A program made the translations under genes and the position numbers. From a virus: a stretch of 18,250 bases of DNA. The stretch lies in the IMG/VR virus record IMGVR_UViG_3300045988_105363, positions 1 to 18,250 of that record. One strand, 5' to 3'. This document shows, piece after piece, positions 1 through 6,055 of this stretch; the first letter of the stretch is position 1; the number at the start of each line of letters is the position of its first letter. A model generated the notes under the pieces. The model did not search any database. It had not been told where the DNA came from and was given only the letters and a program-made list of their open reading frames with translations.

Positions 1-345
1 ACAGTGGCACACTGTGCCCTGTGTCTGTGTTTTCCCCATTGTTTTTTTTAACTTCTCGGCGCCGCGCTCTCTCTGTACTCGACTCGCCTATTTTTTTCTT
101 TCGGTGTCGGGCCTTGTGGTGTTGAGCTTGCTCGCGCCCTTTGCTTGTTTACTGTCTTGTGTCTGTTTTGTTTGCCCGTGATTGGGACTTTGTTTCTTGC
201 CTCTGATTGAGGACTTTTCTTTTTCTTTGTATCTTCATTCTATCGCCTCTTGCTGTGTCTGTCAATTTTTCCGCGTTTGGGCGTGTCGTTTGTTGTCTTG
301 TTTGGTTGCGGTTTGCGACACGCCGGTGGTTGTGGTGTGGTGTGG
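1..345. repeat. Left inverted terminal repeat (ITR-L), perfect 345-bp copy; imperfect similarity continues to about 394
   Basis: The reverse complement of 17906..18250 equals 1..345 (checked block by block). The first mismatch is at 346. Positions 363..386 and ATGGCA at 389..394 match the right end again. Confidence 0.97.
237..265 (-). promoter_or_regulatory. Outward-facing sigma70-type promoter inside ITR-L (TTGACA-17 nt-TAGAAT)
   Basis: On the - strand, TTGACA lies at 265..260, followed by a 17-nt spacer and TAGAAT at 242..237. It points toward position 1 with no gene downstream. Confidence 0.55.
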
Positions 346-358
346 GGTGTGGTATAGT
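330..358 (+). promoter_or_regulatory. Inward early promoter at the inner edge of ITR-L (TTGTGG-17-TGgTATAGT, extended -10)
   Basis: The -10 TATAGT at 353..358 is preceded by TGg. A weak -35 TTGTGG lies at 330..335. The promoter is about 30 nt upstream of the first gene's RBS. Confidence 0.4.
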
Positions 359-388
359 GGGGGTGTCTGGAAAGGACAGGTGATTATG

Positions 389-751
389 ATGGCAATTTCG
401 GAAATGAAGAATACTGGCAAGCATCATTATTATGTGGCGTGCTGGAGCCATGGAATCGGTGTGACTGACAGTGCCGGCAATCCGTATGTCGGTATTCTTG
501 TTTTTGACACTGTTGTTGCGGCTGATGCTTATGCCAATGAACATGCGTATGAAGATGGTCATTCGTATGCTGAGCGCGTTGGCGCTCGTTGTGCAATGCG
601 TATTATGCGGCGCCAATTGTTCTCGGAAATGGTTGATGTTTTGGGCATTCCGCTTTCTTGGCGTGATGATGTTAGCGAGCTGCGTTCGCGCATTAATGGT
701 ATGGGGGTAGATGCTCTTATTGGAGAGTACCGTGTGTACTGTTTTCGCTAG
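389..751 (+). CDS. Hypothetical early protein, 120 aa (left-terminal gene)
   Basis: The RBS AAAGGACAGGTGA lies 5 nt before ATG 389. The ATGGCA aligns with the right-terminal gene's start. An alternative ATG lies at 386. No recognisable domain. Confidence 0.6.
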   Translation: MAISEMKNTGKHHYYVACWSHGIGVTDSAGNPYVGILVFDTVVAADAYANEHAYEDGHSYAERVGARCAMRIMRRQLFSEMVDVLGIPLSWRDDVSELRSRINGMGVDALIGEYRVYCFR

Positions 752-777
752 TTCCAATTGAACCGCAACACGCCGTG

Positions 778-805
778 TTGATTTTTTCGGCACGGCGTGT
801 ATAAT
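778..805 (+). promoter_or_regulatory. Promoter TTGATT-16-TATAAT, embedded in a 10-bp stem hairpin (768..800)
   Basis: TTGATT at 778..783 and TATAAT at 800..805. The arms ACACGCCGTG (768..777) and CACGGCGTGT (791..800) pair, so the hairpin may also act as a terminator for the upstream gene. Confidence 0.5.
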
Positions 806-843
806 TTATAGTACCATCTATTAGTAAAGGTCAGGTGATTATG

Positions 844-1107
844 ATGGCAAAGCAAACCACTACTAAGACTGTCCGTAAGGTTCGCGAATCCAAGTTCGAG
901 TTTCTCACTGGCTATCTTTGCGTGTATGGCGAGACTAAGCGTAGCTTGGTTGTGGCACCGTTTGACATGGATTACAACGGCCGTTGTGATAGCGTGTATA
1001 TTATTCATAAGGTGTCACCCAAGAAAGTGTTGAATCCGTACATGAATGATGATTGGACGCCGGTTCACGAGCGTATCACGTCGGTGTGGGACTTGGTTCG
1101 CGCCTGA
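844..1107 (+). CDS. Hypothetical early protein, 87 aa
   Basis: It has the same RBS and start cassette as 389..751 (AAAGGtCAGGTGATTATGATGGCAA). An alternative ATG lies at 841. No recognisable domain. Confidence 0.6.
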   Translation: MAKQTTTKTVRKVRESKFEFLTGYLCVYGETKRSLVVAPFDMDYNGRCDSVYIIHKVSPKKVLNPYMNDDWTPVHERITSVWDLVRA

Positions 1108-1118
1108 GTTGTAAAAAT

Positions 1119-1153
1119 AAGGCCCTTATAGTTGCGGATACTATAGGGGCCTT
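1119..1153. terminator. Bidirectional stem-loop between the convergent + genes and the - strand tRNA
   Basis: A 14-bp stem, AAGGCCCTTATAGT (1119..1132) pairing with ACTATAGGGGCCTT (1140..1153), includes one G-T pair and has a 7-nt loop. It is followed by GTTGTG on the + strand. Confidence 0.6.
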
Positions 1154-1175
1154 GTTGTGCAATGTGTTATTGGCG

Positions 1176-1249
1176 TGCCCCCAGTAGGGCTTGAACCTAC
1201 GACCGGCCACTTATGAGGTGGTTGCTCTAACCGACTGCGCTATGGGGGC
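1176..1249 (-). tRNA. tRNA with anticodon CAT (elongator Met, or Ile2 if lysidine-modified), 74 nt, CCA not encoded
   Basis: Cloverleaf read by hand: acceptor GCCCCCA/TGGGGGC, D arm GCGC-AGTCGGTTA-GAGC (one G-A mismatch), anticodon arm ACCAC-CTCATAA-GTGGC, variable CGGTC, T arm GTAGG-TTCAAGC-CCTAC, discriminator A. Confidence 0.9.
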
Positions 1250-1257
1250 TTTTGGAC

Positions 1258-1288
1258 GGCGGGGCGAAGAGCGCTCACTCGCCCCACC
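1258..1288 (-). other. GC-rich stem-loop between the tRNA promoter and the tRNA
   Basis: GGCGGGGCGA (1258..1267) pairs with TCGCCCCACC (1279..1288), a 10-bp stem with one mismatch. There is no U tract. It could be a late-operon terminator or a tRNA leader structure. Confidence 0.4.
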
Positions 1289-1297
1289 ACGTTACTT

Positions 1298-1326
1298 AAT
1301 ATACGCTGTGTTTGTCAAGTTGTCAA
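1298..1326 (-). promoter_or_regulatory. Near-consensus promoter TTGACA-17-TATATT upstream of the tRNA
   Basis: On the - strand, TTGACA lies at 1326..1321 (a second TTGACA at 1318..1313 comes from the tandem 8-mer CTTGACAA x2). TATATT lies at 1303..1298. The promoter is downstream of the endolysin stop. Confidence 0.55.
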
Positions 1327-1343
1327 GTCTTGGCGTGTCGCCG

Positions 1344-2276
1344 TTACTTGTTTTCGTTGAGTTTTGCGACGACTTTTTCTGCAATTTCGTTTATCTGTTT
1401 TTCGCTGATATTTACTACAATTCCAGTGTCGTTTTTGTGGTTGAAAAAGAGGTCAGCCAAGCGGTATACGCGACTTGTTAGCCACTTCCATTCGTCGTTT
1501 TTTGTCAGCATATTATTGACGTTATTGGCTGCCGTGTCGATACCAGCAAGGCGGTCACAGGCGCGCACATTGCGTACTTTTTCGTTCCACACATTTCCGG
1601 GAAGTTTGTTGAGCAGATTAACGATAGTCCCGCGTATAGTATCATACATGTTATTGCGGTTCTTATCTTTGTCCCATACGTATTCCCATACGCCCGCAGC
1701 TATTGCGTGAATATCGTTCTTGTTCATGGCATTACCTCCAGTGTTGTTTGTGTTATTGTTGTTGTTATTGTTCGAGCCGCTTCCGGCTAGAATCTGGTTG
1801 GCTTTGTTGATTACATAACGTACGTCAAGGCCGTTTGGTGCGAGGTCTGGGCATGTCGTATGCGTAGAGCCATACACTTCACGATGCAGATACACGTTTC
1901 CGTGCTCACCGTTATGCACTAGCTTTTTCCAGCCCATTCTTCGAGCGATTTCTGCGCATAGTCGTGCGCTTGCGTCCATGCATTCTCTAGTGCATTGCGC
2001 TTGCGGTATTCCGCCCTCATGTTCGATGGAAATGCCTGTCTGATTGGACAACGCATTGCCGTCTGCCCATGCGGTTTCATTTTCGCGCACATATTGGTGT
2101 ATCTCTCCGTTGCGGCCGATTCCGTAGTGTGCTGATGTCTGCACGGCGGGGTTTGCGAACGTGGAATCGGTGCCGGCCAAGAATCCGGCCATGATGTGCA
2201 GTGTTATGTGGTCAATATTGTGCCCGCCGCGTCCCGCCGTGTAATTGGGGGAGCCTTTCCATATGATGTTACTCAT
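1344..2276 (-). CDS. Endolysin: N-acetylmuramoyl-L-alanine amidase (Amidase_2/PGRP, T7-lysozyme-like) with a poly-Asn linker and an unrecognised C-terminal domain, 310 aa
   Basis: The sequence MSNIIWKGSPNYTAGRGG..HITLHIMAG..ISIEHEGG..HREV..THTTCPD shows the zinc ligands His/His/Cys. The RBS AAAGGAAG lies 9 nt before ATG 2276. The gene overlaps the holin stop by 8 nt. Confidence 0.85.
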   Translation of the reverse strand: MSNIIWKGSPNYTAGRGGHNIDHITLHIMAGFLAGTDSTFANPAVQTSAHYGIGRNGEIHQYVRENETAWADGNALSNQTGISIEHEGGIPQAQCTRECMDASARLCAEIARRMGWKKLVHNGEHGNVYLHREVYGSTHTTCPDLAPNGLDVRYVINKANQILAGSGSNNNNNNNTNNTGGNAMNKNDIHAIAAGVWEYVWDKDKNRNNMYDTIRGTIVNLLNKLPGNVWNEKVRNVRACDRLAGIDTAANNVNNMLTKNDEWKWLTSRVYRLADLFFNHKNDTGIVVNISEKQINEIAEKVVAKLNENK

Positions 2277-2661
2277 TGTTTTCATCTTCCTTTCTGTCGT
2301 TGTTGTTGTTGTTTTTCTCAAAAATGCCCATGAACTTTGCTTCTTTCAATTTTGGGTTAATTTCACAAACATTTTCAATGATTGATGTGAGTTCAATGGC
2401 AATAATACCAATGGAAACAATTGGGAATAATTCAAACGGCAGATTAAGCGAAGAATTGAGTTGAATGGTGTCAATAATATATGCAACAAAAATAAGAACG
2501 CAATAAGCGAACTTATGGCCAAGTCCTTCGTGCATTGTACGTGAACTAATTTTAGACTTCATTGCTGCATTCACCACTCCAGTAATATAATCAGTAATAA
2601 TAAATGCAACTACTGCAATGGAATACCACATAATATCATTGGTAATGTATGTATGTGTCAT
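2269..2661 (-). CDS. Holin (phage_holin_4_1 / LL-H-type), 130 aa
   Basis: Three hydrophobic segments and the motif ITGVVNAAMKSKISSRTMHEGLGHKFAYCVLIFVAYIID. It has a charged C-terminus, lies directly upstream of the endolysin, and overlaps the ATPase stop by ATGA. Confidence 0.8.
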   Translation of the reverse strand: MTHTYITNDIMWYSIAVVAFIITDYITGVVNAAMKSKISSRTMHEGLGHKFAYCVLIFVAYIIDTIQLNSSLNLPFELFPIVSIGIIAIELTSIIENVCEINPKLKEAKFMGIFEKNNNNNDRKEDENNE

Positions 2662-3716
2662 GTCCCTATGATACCTCCAATAACAAGGGAAAAATCCGCT
2701 TTCACTTGTGATGTGTCGAAAAACATGCGGCCAATACGGTATGCATTGACCATTTTTCGCGTGATGTCATCTGATTTTTTGATGTATGTTATTTCCTCGC
2801 TTACTTTGTTGTAATCCAGCGTATAATGCCGGTGGTGGTCTTTTTTCACCCGACGGGATATATAATAATCCAATGAACGTTTTGACACGCTGACAAACAC
2901 GCCGAAACTACCGTATAATTCTGTGTCCAATGTGTATGAGTATTCCGCTATGTCAGGTATGTCGCATACAAGCGTATTGGAATCGTCCCTGAACTTATTG
3001 CGTATTGCATAGTCTGCATAATCGGGGTCATATTGTTCCAAAAATTGGCCAAACTTTGACTTCGCCACCTTAGCTGAAAATCCGCCGTAATCTGCCAATT
3101 CGAGGCAGACGAAGCCGCCACAATATGACTTGAATTGCTGTTGTCTGTTTTCTTGTTCGGTAATATCGAGGTGGTATTTCGCGAAATATGGATTCGCTTT
3201 TTGTACTGCGTTTGAGAGGAACAATACGCGTACCCTATCTGTCCACCTATCGACGGTATTATAGAACTCTGAAAAACTGTTCACCTCATTGCTTAAAAAG
3301 CGAACGTTATCTGGGAATATTTCATCGAAAACAATGAGGTGCACGTTTGGGTAGGCTACGGATTTAAGCCCGCCCGCTTGGGATAGCGCAATGAAATAAC
3401 AGCATGTGCGCCATTGTTTTTCGTCCCAGCTATTGTGCCGATATTCACCGCGCCCACCGTTGATACGAAAATCATAATCGGGGAAAAAGTCGGCAATGTC
3501 CCTGAAAAATGTTTCCTTTTTTTTCTGCTCCACGTCGGTGCGTCGTAGATAAATAAACTCGTGTCCGTTTTTAATGGCCTCTTTTATGCCGTACCTTTTA
3601 GCGGCGAACGTTTTGCCGAGGCCGCGCGCGCCGATAACGAAATTCCATGCGGCGCCTCGTGTCAATAGGGCGTGCAGATTGTAATAATCGTTTTCGTCAA
3701 GTGTCTTCAATGGCAT
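2658..3716 (-). CDS. DNA packaging (encapsidation) ATPase, phi29 gp16-like, 352 aa
   Basis: Walker A NFVIGARGLGKT, FIYLRR, Walker B AYPNVHLIVFDEIF, and LSNAVQKANPYF closely parallel phi29 gp16 (NFVIGARGIGKS, FIYVRR, AYPNVSTIVFDEF, LSNAVSVVNPYF; from memory). RBS GGGAGGA. Confidence 0.92.
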   Translation of the reverse strand: MPLKTLDENDYYNLHALLTRGAAWNFVIGARGLGKTFAAKRYGIKEAIKNGHEFIYLRRTDVEQKKKETFFRDIADFFPDYDFRINGGRGEYRHNSWDEKQWRTCCYFIALSQAGGLKSVAYPNVHLIVFDEIFPDNVRFLSNEVNSFSEFYNTVDRWTDRVRVLFLSNAVQKANPYFAKYHLDITEQENRQQQFKSYCGGFVCLELADYGGFSAKVAKSKFGQFLEQYDPDYADYAIRNKFRDDSNTLVCDIPDIAEYSYTLDTELYGSFGVFVSVSKRSLDYYISRRVKKDHHRHYTLDYNKVSEEITYIKKSDDITRKMVNAYRIGRMFFDTSQVKADFSLVIGGIIGT

Positions 3717-3746
3717 AATAATGTCCTCCCGTATACCTCTATCATA

Positions 3747-5018
3747 TCATACGTACCTACGTATCTCCCACATGTACGCGCCATTCATCTGCGTTCTTAA
3801 ATCCTTTTGAATCGGGCCGTTTCCGGGGCCTCCATGCCCCAAACAATGCACGCCGTCGCCTGTGTACATCTCCACATGGTCATAGCTTGGATTATAGCCG
3901 CTCCAAGCAAAAAGAACAAGGTCGCCCACGCGGGCTTTTTTAATGGCGTCATCGACGCTGTTTTGTCCGCTGACGGCCACCCGCCCGCCTTTTTGCGCCA
4001 TTTGTCCAGTCCATGTGCCGACGTTGACGCCCAGCGCGTCCTGATAGGCGCGCCATATCGTGCTTGAACAATCGCCATAGCCGGTGTGCAGTGGGTCGAG
4101 GCGCCCGCCCGCCTGACTGTATGCGAAGCGGCCTGTCCACGATTTGTACAGGTCATGGACTTTCTGCCCCTTTGATTGGTCTGGCGCCGGTGGTGTCGGC
4201 GGTGTCTCCGGTCGCTGCCCGCCTGTTATCGGTTTTCCGTTGTCCAAGGATTCAAACCAATTCTGTGCGCTGGATTTCAGGAACGTGTATATTTTATCCC
4301 CGTCGTGTAAGTATAGGTTGTCGCCGCTTAATTGTATCCATCTTTTTTTCGCGGGCGTCGGTGTGATGGTTGGTTTGTCGCCTCCCTCTGATATAATCGG
4401 CGCTCCGGTTTGTCCGAAGTCTGGTGGCGCGCTTGTGCCGTCCCAATTTTTCAGCATATTGTATACGGTATTGTATCTGTTTTGATACCGTCCAAGCACG
4501 CCGTGGTTGAGAGCGGTGGAGTGCAATAAATCAAGCGAAGCTGTTGCGCTTGTGGAGCCTAATACCTGTACCGCAGACGCGGGCGATTGGTGCCACATGC
4601 TCATAAAAAATATGCGTTCTTTTATATTGTTTTGCGGGAATCCGTAGTTATTGCATGTTTGTTCGTATGATTTACAATCTGATTCCCACAGTGTTTGTTG
4701 CGCTTTATGTTGCTCTTTGCGGCTCGCATATTCAACGAATGCGTTCCCCTCTGCGCGCGTGACATACCGTTGCGTAAAATCCATATTGTTTTGTTCGACC
4801 TGTTGCGCGAGTGTGGGCGCGGCGGCGGCGAACCGCGCCCACCCCTCTGGGTCCGCCGTCTTGGATTCGCGCAACATGCCTGCGGCTCTGCCGCCGTACC
4901 ACTGCATGATGCCGAGCGTGATTGGGTCATTGTAATTGACCGACGTCCACGTGCAATTGGATTCAACAGTGGCGATGACATACATGGCGTACATGGTTTG
5001 ATTGGTTGTGAGACTCAT
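3747..5018 (-). CDS. Tail-associated peptidoglycan hydrolase (functional analogue of phi29 gp13): N-terminal lysozyme/transglycosylase-like domain plus C-terminal NlpC/P60 cysteine peptidase, 423 aa
   Basis: The N-terminus has ATVESN..GIMQWYG (an E-S glycosidase-type motif), followed by a Pro/Thr linker. The C-terminus has GYGDCSSTIWRAY..YDHVEMY..GHGG (Cys/His of NlpC/P60). ATG 5018 was chosen because TTG 5051 lies inside a hairpin. No clear RBS. Confidence 0.7.
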   Translation of the reverse strand: MSLTTNQTMYAMYVIATVESNCTWTSVNYNDPITLGIMQWYGGRAAGMLRESKTADPEGWARFAAAAPTLAQQVEQNNMDFTQRYVTRAEGNAFVEYASRKEQHKAQQTLWESDCKSYEQTCNNYGFPQNNIKERIFFMSMWHQSPASAVQVLGSTSATASLDLLHSTALNHGVLGRYQNRYNTVYNMLKNWDGTSAPPDFGQTGAPIISEGGDKPTITPTPAKKRWIQLSGDNLYLHDGDKIYTFLKSSAQNWFESLDNGKPITGGQRPETPPTPPAPDQSKGQKVHDLYKSWTGRFAYSQAGGRLDPLHTGYGDCSSTIWRAYQDALGVNVGTWTGQMAQKGGRVAVSGQNSVDDAIKKARVGDLVLFAWSGYNPSYDHVEMYTGDGVHCLGHGGPGNGPIQKDLRTQMNGAYMWEIRRYV

Positions 5019-5042
5019 GGTTGTATTGTACCGTAATATTGT

Positions 5043-5068
5043 GGGCGGCAATAACAGTATTGCCGCCC
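5043..5068. terminator. 11-bp stem hairpin GGGCGGCAATA-acag-TATTGCCGCCC with a T tract on the + strand only
   Basis: Perfect stem 5043..5053 pairing with 5058..5068. The + strand continues TTTATTGATTTATAT, while the - strand continues ACAATATTACGG. Confidence 0.5.
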
Positions 5069-5090
5069 TTTATTGATTTATATGATACTG

Positions 5091-6038
5091 TCAGTCGCCC
5101 AATCGAACGATATTGATTGCCGCATTGCGGATTAGGCCGCTCATGTTTTGCGTGGATTCATCCGGCACAAGTGAATCCATGCGCAGCATGTCGCCCGCCG
5201 TGAGGTGGTGCAGCTGCGCGGGGATTACCGATTTCTGCCCCGCTCCCGTCGCGGCGCCGTTGCCGCCCACCACGATTGAAGCGGCGGTGTCCGCCAGGAC
5301 ATTGTTGTATGATGACGGCGAGCCGCGCATGATGCGCGTGTGTATCGGCCTGTAATCCGAGGTGGAGCTAATCAGGCTGCCGTATACGACGTGGCCTGAA
5401 ATGAGGTACCAACCTGTTTTATTGATTTTTATTTCATTTTTGTTCTGAAGGACTATTGAGTTATCAGAACTGTTATGGAAGTCATTTGACAGTTCTGTGT
5501 TAAAATCAATTGGTACTACAGTACTGGAATTGGTCCAATGTACTGACTGTGTGCCAGCGTCCGTATGGTATTGTGCATGTACGATTTTTTCATTAAAATT
5601 AGAGTTTGATTCACTCTTTGAATAAGAATCTGTTTTAGTCCTATACTTGTTATCGCTTTCCGTCTTTGTGTATAGTTCTGCTTTTGTGTACACACTCGTT
5701 TTGTCCGCTTTATTGGCAATGGCGGTGTCGTATACTGTTTTTTCAACAAACTTGCCATCGGCGTTGTTTTCGATTGTGGTTTTGGTGTCGTCAAGCGCTG
5801 TTTTCGTGGCGTATGTGTTCTGCGCGTCCGTTTTTTTAAGATAGTCGCGCTTCACTTCATTGACAGAGCTTTCAGCGTTCTGCGCAGAGGTTTTTGCGTC
5901 AACGGCAGACGTTTTTGCGGCCTGGATGCCTGTGTCAATCTTGTCCATATCCGCGTTGTAGTCGCCGCGCCATGATGGTTTGTCGGCGTCCTGAAACTGC
6001 GACAGATTATAATATGAGGTCTTTTTTGAGCTTGACAT
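5091..6038 (-). CDS. Tail fibre / receptor-binding protein with a possible C1q/TNF-like C-terminal head, 315 aa
   Basis: N-terminus SYYNLSQFQDADKPSWRGDYNADMDKID. The middle has K/T/S/D-rich repeats (KADKTSVYTKAELYTKTESDNKY). The C-terminus has GWYLISGHVVY...LHHLTAGDMLRM. RBS AAAGGA lies 9 nt before ATG 6038. Confidence 0.6.
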   Translation of the reverse strand: MSSSKKTSYYNLSQFQDADKPSWRGDYNADMDKIDTGIQAAKTSAVDAKTSAQNAESSVNEVKRDYLKKTDAQNTYATKTALDDTKTTIENNADGKFVEKTVYDTAIANKADKTSVYTKAELYTKTESDNKYRTKTDSYSKSESNSNFNEKIVHAQYHTDAGTQSVHWTNSSTVVPIDFNTELSNDFHNSSDNSIVLQNKNEIKINKTGWYLISGHVVYGSLISSTSDYRPIHTRIMRGSPSSYNNVLADTAASIVVGGNGAATGAGQKSVIPAQLHHLTAGDMLRMDSLVPDESTQNMSGLIRNAAINIVRLGD

Positions 6039-6055
6039 GATTCGTTGTCCTTTCA

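Noticed and set aside
1-19. Terminal palindromes read as hairpin telomeres, or as a CACAGTG/CACTGTG transposon or RSS-like end
   Set aside because: The genome encodes a terminal protein candidate and a protein-primed PolB, and it has 345-bp ITRs. It has no telomere resolvase or transposase. A 6-bp stem is too short to indicate covalently closed ends, and the heptamer resemblance is most likely coincidence.
149-793. 214-aa - strand ORF and its mirror at 17593..18102, which share an ITR-encoded C-terminus (HHNHRRVANRNQTRQQTTRPNAEK...)
   Set aside because: They stay open only because the outward strand of the ITR is C/A-rich and T-poor. They run antisense through the well-supported terminal genes. 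They lack an RBS, and their start codons lie upstream of the outward promoter's predicted start site.
1312-1710. + strand ORFs (1191..1481, 1312..1710, 2276..2464) across the tRNA, endolysin and holin region
   Set aside because: They are antisense to well-supported genes or overlap the tRNA. They have no RBS and their translations are hydrophobic low-complexity sequences typical of antisense frames.
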